64,000 bases of DNA, taken from the NCBI GenBank assembly GCA_035556715.1, contig DATMER010000050.1, positions 87,978 to 151,977 on the forward strand. The letters are read 5' to 3'. Both the position numbers and the translations under genes were made by a program. Source of the DNA: Thermoanaerobaculia bacterium. Lineage in GTDB: Bacteria > Acidobacteriota > Thermoanaerobaculia > Multivoradales > UBA5704. Under the pieces are notes generated by a model. The model saw only the letters and a program-made list of their open reading frames with translations, was not told the origin of the DNA and did no database searches. Shown one piece after another: positions 9,051 through 19,762 of the stretch (the first letter of the stretch is position 1; the number at the start of each line of letters is the position of its first letter).

Positions 9051-9956
9051 TCAGGCGCTCTTCTTGGCCGGACGCCTGGAAGCGGTCTTCCTCGCCGCCT
9101 TCCTGGCCGCCTTCTTGGCCGGCTTGCGGGCAGTCTTCTTGGCCGCGGATTTCTTCGCTCCTCCCGGACGCTCCTCGACGCTCCTCTTGAGCAGGGCCAT
9201 GAGGTCCACGACCTGGCCACGCTCCGGCTTTTTCGCCTCGGGCGGCGCCTCGGGCGACTCTTCGAGCTGTCCGGCCTCGACCCGCTCCTTGATCAGCTTC
9301 TTGAGGTCCTTGTAGTAGTCGTCGCGGTACTTCTCGGGGTCCCAATCGGAGACCATGCCTTCGACCAGGCGCTCGGCCATGTCGAGCTCCCGCTCCGAGA
9401 CCCCCTCCTTGCCCGAGGGGAGGTCGAGCTCTTTCGGGTCCCGCAGCTCGTGGGCGAAGCGGAGGATGTTGAGCACGATCACCTCGTCCTGGGCCATGAC
9501 CGCGGCCAGGTACTGCTTGGTGCGGATCACCACCTTGGAGATGCCGACCTTCTTGGTGCGGCGCAGGGTCTCGCGCAGGAGGGCGTAGCTCTTGGCCCCC
9601 CTCTTGTCCGGGGCCAGGTAGTAGGGCTTGTCGAAGAAGACCGGACCGATCTCTTCGGCGTCGACGAAATCGAGAATGTCGACGGTCTGGGTCTTCTCGG
9701 GGCTGGCGCGCTGGAGGTCCTCGTCGGAGAGCACGACGTGCTTGCCCCCCTCGATCTCATAGCCGCGGACGGTCTCGTCCCAGGGCACCTCCCGGCCGGT
9801 CTCCTCGTTGACGCGCTTGTACTTGACCCGCGCCATGTTCCGCCGGTCCAGCAGGTGGAAGCTCACGGTCTCCTCCCGTTTCTCCGCCGAGTAGAGCCCC
9901 ACAGGGATGTTGACGAGGCCGAACGTGATGCTCCCTTTCCAGATCGATCGCGCCAT
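9051..9956 (-). CDS. ku: Ku protein (non-homologous end joining)
   Basis: Start trimmed to MARSIWKGSITFGLVNIPVGLYSA (ATG = RC of 9954-9956), the canonical bacterial Ku N-terminus. Lys/Ala-rich C-terminal tail. The upstream 82 codons of the listed ORF are a spurious extension. Confidence 0.9.
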   Translation of the reverse strand: MARSIWKGSITFGLVNIPVGLYSAEKREETVSFHLLDRRNMARVKYKRVNEETGREVPWDETVRGYEIEGGKHVVLSDEDLQRASPEKTQTVDILDFVDAEEIGPVFFDKPYYLAPDKRGAKSYALLRETLRRTKKVGISKVVIRTKQYLAAVMAQDEVIVLNILRFAHELRDPKELDLPSGKEGVSERELDMAERLVEGMVSDWDPEKYRDDYYKDLKKLIKERVEAGQLEESPEAPPEAKKPERGQVVDLMALLKRSVEERPGGAKKSAAKKTARKPAKKAARKAARKTASRRPAKKSA

Positions 9957-10041
9957 ATAACCTCCGGGTGGCCGGGGAACGCAAGATGTATGCCGATTGG
10001 AGATGATTCCGCTCCACGTCCTCCTGTGAGAATCTAGGCGC

Positions 10042-10884
10042 ATGCCGCCGCAGCCCAGGACAGGAAAGACAGGGACCGAGGTCTGGAGGTTCGAGCGGGG
10101 CCGGGGCGAGGCCCGCCCCGACAACGTCGCCACCGAGGAACCGCTGGAGATCCGCCTCCTCTGGGAGGGGGGAGAGCGCACGGTCGCGGTGACCATGCGC
10201 ACCCCGGGAAACGACGAGGAGCTGGCCGCGGGCTTCCTCTACGCCGAAGGGGTGGTGGACCGGCGCGAGCGCATCCTCGCCCTCCGCCACGTGACCGACT
10301 CCGGGGAGACGGAGCCCAATATCATCGAAGTCGAGCTGGGGGAGGGGCCGGACCCCAACCTGCCCACCCTGGAGCGGCATTTCTTCTCCAACAGCTCGTG
10401 CGGAGTCTGCGGCAAGGCCGGGCTGGCCGCGCTCCAGCTTCGCGTCACGAGCGGTGCAGGCCGCCTGCCGCCGGGGCCGGAGGTAGCTCCCGAGATCCTC
10501 TCCTCCCTGCCGGACCGGCTCCGCGAGGCCCAGGGGATCTTCGAGGCGACCGGCGGGCTCCACGCCGCGGCGCTTTTCGACACTTCCGGCGGGCTGCTCG
10601 CCCTGCGCGAGGACGTGGGTCGGCACAACGCCCTGGACAAGCTCTTCGGCTGGGCCTTCCTCCAGGGGCTCCTCCCCCTCCACGACCACCTGGTGCTGGT
10701 CAGCGGCCGGTCCAGCTACGAGATCCTCCAGAAGTGCCTGGTGGCGGGGGTCCCGATCCTCTGCGCGGTGTCCGCGCCGAGCAGTCTCGCCGTCGAGCTG
10801 GCCACCCGCTTCGGCATCACTCTGGTCGGTTTTCTCCGCGGCGACCGCTTCAACGTCTACAGCGGGATCGAGCGGATCTCGTAA
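10042..10884 (+). CDS. fdhD: Formate dehydrogenase accessory sulfurtransferase FdhD
   Basis: 280 aa with FdhD signatures SCGVCG and GRHNALDK. Divergent from ku. Confidence 0.85.
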   Translation: MPPQPRTGKTGTEVWRFERGRGEARPDNVATEEPLEIRLLWEGGERTVAVTMRTPGNDEELAAGFLYAEGVVDRRERILALRHVTDSGETEPNIIEVELGEGPDPNLPTLERHFFSNSSCGVCGKAGLAALQLRVTSGAGRLPPGPEVAPEILSSLPDRLREAQGIFEATGGLHAAALFDTSGGLLALREDVGRHNALDKLFGWAFLQGLLPLHDHLVLVSGRSSYEILQKCLVAGVPILCAVSAPSSLAVELATRFGITLVGFLRGDRFNVYSGIERIS

Positions 10885-11020
10885 ATCTTGCAAGCCCGGA
10901 CCGGGCCGTCCCCTGGAGAGCATCCGTGGCATGGAAGCTGCAATTTCACCGGGTGTGCTCGCCTCCAAAGCGGGCGCAGCCGAGACAGGCCTCAAGGGGC
11001 TTTCGCGGCCCTCCCTGAAC

Positions 11021-11069
11021 GGGGGAGGCGTCCTGATTCGAAACGATCAGTGCGTCTCCCCTCTTTTTC
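11021..11069 (+). terminator. Putative rho-independent terminator downstream of fdhD
   Basis: GGGGGAGGCGTCCTGATTCG-AAA-CGATCAGTGCGTCTCCCC hairpin followed by TCTTTTT. Confidence 0.4.
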
Positions 11070-11092
11070 GAATCTCCAAACGGGAGCCGACC

Positions 11093-11683
11093 ATGAAGAC
11101 GAAGACCTTTCCTCTAGCGTTGGCACTCTGGCTGGTCCTCACGGGCGGCCTTTTGACCGGATGCGATCGCGACGGGCGCGAGGCGGTGGATGCGGAGCGC
11201 GACGCGCAGGGAAACACCGAGATCCACATCGACGGCGATGAGGTCGAGCGCGAGCTCGACCAGGCGGGGGAGCGGGTGGAGCGCGGGCTCGACCAGGCCG
11301 GCGAGCAGCTCGAGCAGGCCGGGGACCAGGTGGCGAAGGGGGCGGAGCAGTTCGCGGAGGGCGCCGAGCAGGTCGGCGCCGCCATCGAGCGCGGGGCCGC
11401 GCAGGTCGAAAAGCAGGTCGGTCCGATCCTGGACGACGCGAGCATCACCGCCCGGGTCAAGGCCAAGCTGATCGCGGACCCCGAGATCAACTCCTTCCAC
11501 ATCGACGTGGACACCGTGGACGGCCGCGTGGCCCTCAACGGCAAGGTCTCCTCGGCCGAGCAGCGCGCCGAGGCCGAGGACCTGGCCCGCGGCACCCAGG
11601 GCGTGCGGCAGGTCGTGAACCTGATCCAGATCGCGGGCCAGGACGTGCCGCTGCAGGTGCCTCCCGCGGGATCGTCCCAGTAA
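11093..11683 (+). CDS. BON-domain lipoprotein (OsmY-like)
   Basis: Start trimmed to MKTKTFPLALALWLVLTGGLLTGC (lipobox). RBS GGGAG upstream of the ATG at 11093. C-terminal BON domain (FHIDVDTVDGRVALNGKVSSAEQRAEAEDLARGTQGVRQVVNLIQI). Confidence 0.75.
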   Translation: MKTKTFPLALALWLVLTGGLLTGCDRDGREAVDAERDAQGNTEIHIDGDEVERELDQAGERVERGLDQAGEQLEQAGDQVAKGAEQFAEGAEQVGAAIERGAAQVEKQVGPILDDASITARVKAKLIADPEINSFHIDVDTVDGRVALNGKVSSAEQRAEAEDLARGTQGVRQVVNLIQIAGQDVPLQVPPAGSSQ

Positions 11684-11753
11684 GCGGAAAAAGGACCAAA
11701 GGACTCAAAGGACAGCAAGGACCTGGCCGCGGTATGCTCACGCGGCCAAGTCC

Positions 11754-12359
11754 ATGAACGCCTATATCGAAAGCTTCCTGCCGCTCTTCGTGGCGATCAA
11801 CGCGCTCGGGGTCATCCCGATCTACCTCGCGGTGACCGAAGGGCTGACCCCCACGGAGCGCCGCAAGCTGACCCTCCAGGCGGTGGTGACCGCGTCGCTG
11901 GTCGCGGTGCTGGTCCTCTTCGCCGGCCAGCTCATCTTCTCCCTGCTCGGGATCACGGTGAACGACCTGCGGGTCGGCGGCGGCCTGATCCTCCTGGTGC
12001 TCAGCACCTCGAACCTGATCTTTGGAGACTTCCGGCGGAGGGACCCGCGTCAGGATGTCGATGAGGCGGAGGGCGCGTCGGTGGGGGTGGTGCCGCTCGG
12101 TATTCCTCTGATCATCGGCCCCGCGGCCATCACATCCGTCCTGGTCTCGCGGGAGGCCTTCGGCTACCTGCCAACGCTGACCTCGCTGGTGCTGAACATG
12201 GTGATCGTCTTCCTGACGCTCGCGTTCAGCCCCTGGCTCGGCCGGATCATGGGGACGGCGGTGAGCCGCGCCGTGGGCAAGGTGGCGAGCCTCTTCCTCG
12301 CGGCCATCTCCGTGGCGTTGATCCGCGCGGGGATCGTGGGGATGATCCAGGCGCTGTAG
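11754..12359 (+). CDS. MarC family (UPF0056) integral membrane protein
   Basis: 201 aa, six predicted TM segments; N-terminal FLPLFVAINALGVIPIYLAVTEGLTP typical of the MarC family. Confidence 0.85.
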   Translation: MNAYIESFLPLFVAINALGVIPIYLAVTEGLTPTERRKLTLQAVVTASLVAVLVLFAGQLIFSLLGITVNDLRVGGGLILLVLSTSNLIFGDFRRRDPRQDVDEAEGASVGVVPLGIPLIIGPAAITSVLVSREAFGYLPTLTSLVLNMVIVFLTLAFSPWLGRIMGTAVSRAVGKVASLFLAAISVALIRAGIVGMIQAL

Positions 12360-12360
12360 G

Positions 12361-12520
12361 CCCTCACCCCCCAACCCCCTCTCCCGGTCCCCCGAACACA
12401 CCCGCCCCGGGAGAGGGGGAGACTTGCTTCGAGTTAGTTGTTTTCTTAGACGGGAGGTGGCGCCCCTTTACCGGGGCGGGTGTGCTTGGGAGGAGCGGGA
12501 GAGGGGACGGGGGTGAGGGC
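12361..12520. repeat. Large imperfect GC-rich palindrome (~57-bp arms around a ~45-bp centre), intergenic; founding copy of a repeat family also found inside NRPS genes
   Basis: Left arm CCCTCACCCCCCAACCCCCTCTCCCGGTCCCCCGAACACACCCGCCCCGGGAGAGGGGG is approximately the reverse complement of right arm CCCCTTTACCGGGGCGGGTGTGCTTGGGAGGAGCGGGAGAGGGGACGGGGGTGAGGG. The right end GGGGGTGAGGGCTCCGGA recurs at 38978-38996 inside the NRPS. Confidence 0.6.
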
Positions 12521-12538
12521 TCCGGATAAGATGGCCGC

Positions 12539-13438
12539 ATGGTGCGGGCTCTCGTCTTTTGTCTTCTGCTTCTGCCGGCCCTCGCCGCGGCCCAACGCCC
12601 CCCCGAGCTGATCATCCAGGCGCCTCCCTCCCTGGAGCGGGCGGCGTCCCGCGTGCGGTCGATCGACACCAGCCGGTTGCTGGAGACCATGCGCCTGGTC
12701 GGCCTGAAGGATCCGGGCCCTCCGATCCAGGTCTTCCTTGGACCGGAAGGGTCCGACCTGGCCCAGGTTCCGCCCTGGGTGTCGGGCTATGCCTTCGGCG
12801 ACGAGGGGGTGATCGTGCTCCTCCCGGCGCGGACGCCTTCCTATCCGGACTCGTCCCTCGAAGAGCTTCTCCGGCACGAGGTGGCGCATGTGCTCGTGGC
12901 CCGGGCCGCGGGTGGACGGCCCCTGCCTCGCTGGTTCCACGAGGGGCTGGCCATGATCGCCGGACTGAGCTGGGGGCTCGACGACCGCTCTCAGCTCACC
13001 CTCGCGATGATCGGGGACCGCGAGGTCTCGCTGGAGAGGCTCGAGAGGGCGTTCGCCGGAGGGCAGGGGGAGGTCCACGGCGCCTATGCGATCGCCGGCG
13101 CCTTCGCCAACGACCTGCTCCGCCGGCATGGCGACGACGTGGCCGGCCGCATCCTCGCCAACGTGGGCCAGGGGCTTTCGTTCGAGGAGGCCTTCCTGCG
13201 CGCCACCGGGATCTCGCTCGCCGATGCCGAGCGCGCTTTCTGGCGGCGGCAGACCTTCTGGTACCGCTGGGTTCCGGTGCTGACCAGCTCGGTCACGCTC
13301 TGGCTCCTGATCACGCTGCTGGCGATCTGGGCGATGGGCAAGAGGAGGGCCCGGGACGCGGCCCTGCGCAGGATTTGGGAGGAGGAGGAAGAAAGGCGGC
13401 TCGCCGAGTCTCAGGACACCGGCGAGCCAATCAACTGA
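12539..13438 (+). CDS. Putative gluzincin-like zinc metallopeptidase, secreted/membrane-anchored (HExxH-X17-E)
   Basis: 299 aa with signal peptide MVRALVFCLLLLPALAAA. HEVAHVLVARAAGGRPLPRWFHEGLA (HExxH followed by a downstream Glu). C-terminal TM helix (WVPVLTSSVTLWLLITLLAIWA). Confidence 0.5.
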   Translation: MVRALVFCLLLLPALAAAQRPPELIIQAPPSLERAASRVRSIDTSRLLETMRLVGLKDPGPPIQVFLGPEGSDLAQVPPWVSGYAFGDEGVIVLLPARTPSYPDSSLEELLRHEVAHVLVARAAGGRPLPRWFHEGLAMIAGLSWGLDDRSQLTLAMIGDREVSLERLERAFAGGQGEVHGAYAIAGAFANDLLRRHGDDVAGRILANVGQGLSFEEAFLRATGISLADAERAFWRRQTFWYRWVPVLTSSVTLWLLITLLAIWAMGKRRARDAALRRIWEEEEERRLAESQDTGEPIN

Positions 13439-13441
13439 GGA

Positions 13442-15487
13442 CTACAGGAAGTAGCCGCTGACGTCGAGCACGAGGTGCGTGCTGCCCGCCGCGCTGTTCT
13501 GCACGCCGAGCCTTGCGGCCCCGTCCGTCGACAGCATCAGGAGGGCGTTGTTGGCCCGGTTCTTCCCGGGGGTGAAGTTGATCGTGCTGGTCCCCAGGGG
13601 GAACGCGTTGCCGGGGAACATCTGGAGGAAGCCGGGAGCGCCCGGAGTGACGGTCGTGACGTTCACCACGACCGCCCTGGCTCCCATCGGCACGCCGCAG
13701 GCGCCGCCGATCGTGAAGGTCCGGACCTGGGATGCGGACAGGGCCGGCGCGTGGGTGCTGCGCGTGTCGATCACCCGGCAGGGATTCAAGGTGTAGAAGT
13801 CCGAGAGAGCGGCCGGCGGCGCGTAGAAGAAGCCGTCGTTGAGGGTCGTGCTCTGGCCGCTCGGATGGTTCATGACCACCACTGCCACCTTGCCCGTGGC
13901 CTTGGCCGGGGTGCGGACGGTGATGCGGGTGGGGCTCACCACGCTCACCGAGGTGCCCTGGGTACCGCCGAAGGTCACCGTGGCTCCGGCCTGGAAGCCG
14001 GTGCCCGTGAGAGTGACCAGGGTGCCGCCCGCGGTCGTGCCCGACTTCGGATTCACCGCGGTGACGATCGGCGGGGGAGAGGGCAGGCTCGCCGGGAAGA
14101 TGCAGGAGCCGACCCGGGCGTTGATCCGGGACGCCAGCAGGGCGATCGAGGTCGGGTGGAAGACCCGGGAGGAGGAGCAGCCCGCCAGCCCCGAGAGGTG
14201 GCAGTAGCTCATCAGCGTGCCGGTCACGTTGGGCACACCGTTGATCGTCTGCGATCCCGGGCAGCTCCTGGCGCCCGCGTAGCACCCGCCCTCGCCGTTG
14301 TAGCAGGTGTCGACCGGCGGGCTGTAGCAGTGGGTGTGCGGCGAGCCGAAGTTGTGGCCGAGCTCGTGCGCCACCACCAGCACGTCATGGGCCGCGGTCG
14401 AGCCCGAGAACTTGAAGACCTGGGTGAAGCTGTAGCCGTGGGTCTTGCTGCACAGCGTGCTGACCCAGGCGACGCCCGAGGACGAGTTGGTGGACAACTG
14501 CTTGCCGGACAGCATCATGGAGAGCGCCCGGGTCACGTTGTTGTGGTTGGCGCTCCAGTAGCTCGTGAACTCGTTGAGCTTGTCCACCGTCGAATGGGCG
14601 ACCGTGGTCGTGTACGGGTCAGCGGTGGTCGAGGGCCGCAGGAACGTGGTCCCCTGCACGAGGCGGATCAGCACGTCCCGCTCGTAGATGACGTTCATCG
14701 CGGCGAACAGCTCCGCCAGGTAGTTCGTGGCCGTGGTGGTGTTGTTGCCGAACTTGAGCGACATGAGCTCGTTGTCGGTCTCCACGGCGATGGTGGCGGT
14801 GTGGAGGCTGGTGATCGCCGCCGTCGCGACCCCCAAGTCGGCCGTCTCCTGGGCCGTCTCCTCCGCCATCATCTGCTGGACAAACTCGGGAAGGGCGCTC
14901 TGCTCCTGGTCGCACTTGGCCTGGGTCTCGACCGCCTCAGCCTGCGCGTCGTCCAGGAAGACGTCCGGAGGGGCGACCATGTGGCGGCGCGAGCCCTGCG
15001 CGGTGCTTTCCATCGGACGGAGCTCGTGGATGCCCTCGGCGGTCAGGGAGAAGCCGCGGATCGTGCTGTCGGAAGGATCGATCGAGACCAGCACCCGGGT
15101 GTCGTCCTCCCCGGAGGCCGGACCCCAGAGGAAGACCCGGCGGGAGCGCGGGACCTCCCTCTGACCCTTCCCCTCGACCACGAAGATCTTCGCGTCGGGA
15201 GCGTAGACCTCGCGGCGGGTGAGACGGACCTCGGCGCGGCGGTCCGGCGCGACCGGCCAGTCGGCGACCGTCACGGTCTCCTCGGGCTCGACGCTCAACA
15301 GCAAGGGAGCCAGATCGGCGCTGAAGCCGACGATCTCCGCCTTCTTCTCCGTCCCGGGGGTGGTGATCAGCTCGCCCGGAGCGGCTGCCCGGATCGGGAG
15401 CCTCTCGGCTGCCAGCAATGGGGACGCGAAGAGGAGGACCGCCAGGAAGCTCGAGCGTCGAAGTGGCATCATGCGAGGACTCTCCAT
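13442..15487 (-). CDS. Secreted metzincin zinc metalloprotease (reprolysin/M12B-like HExxHxxGxxH) with C-terminal IPT/TIG-like beta domains
   Basis: HELGHNFGSPH zinc-binding motif. Signal peptide (MESPR)MMPLRRSSFLAVLLFASPLLAAE. Gly/Thr-rich Ig-like repeats near the C-terminus (GTLVTLTGTGFQAGATVTFGG). Start uncertain: ATG at 15487, 15472 or 15469. Confidence 0.75.
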   Translation of the reverse strand: MESPRMMPLRRSSFLAVLLFASPLLAAERLPIRAAAPGELITTPGTEKKAEIVGFSADLAPLLLSVEPEETVTVADWPVAPDRRAEVRLTRREVYAPDAKIFVVEGKGQREVPRSRRVFLWGPASGEDDTRVLVSIDPSDSTIRGFSLTAEGIHELRPMESTAQGSRRHMVAPPDVFLDDAQAEAVETQAKCDQEQSALPEFVQQMMAEETAQETADLGVATAAITSLHTATIAVETDNELMSLKFGNNTTTATNYLAELFAAMNVIYERDVLIRLVQGTTFLRPSTTADPYTTTVAHSTVDKLNEFTSYWSANHNNVTRALSMMLSGKQLSTNSSSGVAWVSTLCSKTHGYSFTQVFKFSGSTAAHDVLVVAHELGHNFGSPHTHCYSPPVDTCYNGEGGCYAGARSCPGSQTINGVPNVTGTLMSYCHLSGLAGCSSSRVFHPTSIALLASRINARVGSCIFPASLPSPPPIVTAVNPKSGTTAGGTLVTLTGTGFQAGATVTFGGTQGTSVSVVSPTRITVRTPAKATGKVAVVVMNHPSGQSTTLNDGFFYAPPAALSDFYTLNPCRVIDTRSTHAPALSASQVRTFTIGGACGVPMGARAVVVNVTTVTPGAPGFLQMFPGNAFPLGTSTINFTPGKNRANNALLMLSTDGAARLGVQNSAAGSTHLVLDVSGYFL

Positions 15488-15678
15488 GGAAATTGACCCA
15501 TGCTCACCCGTCAATACGTTGATCCACTTGGAGAACACCCTGCTGGCCGACAAACTTCCCGTGGCTCGATCCAGGGGGAAAGGCACGGGACGTGCCAGTC
15601 CTAAGTGATTGAAAACGTGGAGCTTGAATGGGGAGGGAGGACAGTTTGTGTCCACCCGGAGACAGAAATTGTCAGACG

Positions 15679-17940
<2,262 letters not shown>

Positions 17941-17965
17941 GGGTTCGTTGGCTGCAATCGTTGGC

Positions 17966-18304
17966 TCAATCGTCTCGTTCTTCGGCCGGCTCGATGGTGA
18001 GCAGGAGGGGCATGCCGTTCTCCTGGGCTTCGGCCATCACCTCGGCCACCTTGGTCTCGGCGGCGTCCTTGCTCGGGTAGACCCCGGCGACGCCGACCCC
18101 CTTGTGGTGGACCTGGAGCATGACATGGGTCGCTTCCGGAGGGGACTTGTGGAAGTGCGTCACCAGGATGTGCACGACGAACTCCATCGTCGTGTAGTCA
18201 TCGTTGTGGAGGAGCACGTTCCACCGCCGCGGGCGCTTCGTCTTGCGCCGCTTCTCGGAGACGACCTCTGCCTCCTGCTCTGAATCGAACACAAACCGGG
18301 CCAT
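17966..18304 (-). CDS. clpS: ATP-dependent Clp protease adaptor ClpS
   Basis: Conserved ClpS core WNVLLHNDDYTTMEFVVHILVTHFHKSPPEATHVMLQVHHKGVGVAGVY. Directly upstream of clpA. Start at internal MARFVF. Confidence 0.9.
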   Translation of the reverse strand: MARFVFDSEQEAEVVSEKRRKTKRPRRWNVLLHNDDYTTMEFVVHILVTHFHKSPPEATHVMLQVHHKGVGVAGVYPSKDAAETKVAEVMAEAQENGMPLLLTIEPAEERDD

Positions 18305-18328
18305 GCCGGATTCCACGCCCCTCCAGGC

Positions 18329-19699
18329 TCAGTGGCTCTGAAGCCAGCTCAGGATCGGCTGCCAGACCAGCGCCTCGGCGTTGGTGGCGAGGAAGATGTC
18401 CGCGTGGCCGAACTCGGCGAGCTGGGCGGCCGGGGGCTGAAGATCGATGACGAGACTGGTCACGTCCTGGCTCCCGAGGAGCGTGGTCGTGTAGACCCCG
18501 TAGCTGCCGATGCCGCCATTGCCGGCTACGTAAAGGACCGGGACCTTGATGTCGCCCAGGTGGTCGTCGAAGGCGACTTCGGCGATGTCATCGTCGTCGC
18601 AGACCGCCGCGTCGGCGTCGAGCAGCTCCTTCGCGGGCTGGTAGGGGGCGGAGCCCTTCTCCAGGGCCAAGAGAGTCGCCTCCGGCGTGTAGAGGAGACC
18701 GGTGGGCCTGCCCTGGGCGTCGAAGGTGCCGCCAGTGAAGTGGTAGAGCGGGGCGGGTCCCAGGTCCGGCGGGAAGAAGAGGAACGTCATCGACCCGACC
18801 GCCAGGGATGCCTGCCGGTTCGTGAAGCCGGGGAGGATCGGCGAGGCGCCGCCGGGATTGGTCGTCGCCAGTTGCCAGATCGTGGCGACCAGCGTCCCGT
18901 TCCGGTTCTCGTAGGTGCCGGCCTCCCAGGAGGGCAGACTGCTCTCGTAGCGCGTGCAGGCCGCCTCGCGGATCTCCTCGTCGTCGGTCTTCAGATAGAT
19001 GTCCACGGGGATGAAGCCGCGGACCTGCCGCAGCCAGAGCGGAGTCTGGCTCTCGCGATCGAGGTAGGCATGGCCGATCTGGCCGCCGCGGCTCCAACCC
19101 AGGAGGGGCATCTTGCCGAGGCCGTTGCCGGTGGCGAAGCGGATGCCCCGGGCCACGGCGATCGCGACACCCAGGTCGCGGGCATCGCGCTCGATCCCCC
19201 AGTTCTTCATGAACGAGAAGTCGGTGACCGACGCCGGCACCAGGGACCACCCGAAGTCGATCCCCCAGACGTCCACGCCGTTGCGGGCGAGGAACACGGG
19301 CAGGTTGCGGGCCGGATCGGACAGGAAGGCTGCGCGGAAGTTCCAGATGTCCCCGTGAGCCATCATCAGGGACCGGGTGGAGCGGGCCGGAAACCAGGGC
19401 GCAATCTCCTTCACCACCCGATGGATGCCGATGACGTCGTGAGTGCCCTTCCCGACCGGGACCCGGAAGGAGTACTCGACGATGTTGCCGCTGAGGATCC
19501 GGCGCTCGGGCTGGACGGACTCGCAACGGTCCTTGAGCCGGGGCGCGACGAGGGTGCAGACATTCTCGGCAACGATCTGGAAGTTGCCCTTCCGGGTACC
19601 CTCCGCGGCGGAGTTGCGGCCGTCGCGGACGTCCGCGCCAGCCAGGCCCGGGAGGGTGAGGGCAAGAAAGAAGAGGGCAATCTTTTTCATCGAAGACAT
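18329..19699 (-). CDS. Secreted alpha/beta-hydrolase-fold protein (lipase/esterase-like)
   Basis: 456 aa with signal peptide MKKIALFFLALTLPGLAGA. Nucleophile-elbow-like GWSRGGQIG. No closer family recognised by eye. Confidence 0.6.
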   Translation of the reverse strand: MSSMKKIALFFLALTLPGLAGADVRDGRNSAAEGTRKGNFQIVAENVCTLVAPRLKDRCESVQPERRILSGNIVEYSFRVPVGKGTHDVIGIHRVVKEIAPWFPARSTRSLMMAHGDIWNFRAAFLSDPARNLPVFLARNGVDVWGIDFGWSLVPASVTDFSFMKNWGIERDARDLGVAIAVARGIRFATGNGLGKMPLLGWSRGGQIGHAYLDRESQTPLWLRQVRGFIPVDIYLKTDDEEIREAACTRYESSLPSWEAGTYENRNGTLVATIWQLATTNPGGASPILPGFTNRQASLAVGSMTFLFFPPDLGPAPLYHFTGGTFDAQGRPTGLLYTPEATLLALEKGSAPYQPAKELLDADAAVCDDDDIAEVAFDDHLGDIKVPVLYVAGNGGIGSYGVYTTTLLGSQDVTSLVIDLQPPAAQLAEFGHADIFLATNAEALVWQPILSWLQSH

Positions 19700-19762
19700 C
19701 TCCTGCTGTTGGGCCTCCGATCCTACAGGAGGCCGCCCGGGAGCGTCGATCCCTGAAAGGCG

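Noticed and set aside
11754-12359. Rho-independent terminator after the MarC gene
   Set aside because: The hairpin at 12377-12417 is not followed closely by a U-tract. The structure is better described as part of the larger palindromic repeat element.
13475-15496. 673-aa plus-strand ORF
   Set aside because: Antisense of the metzincin protease gene, which has clear catalytic motifs.
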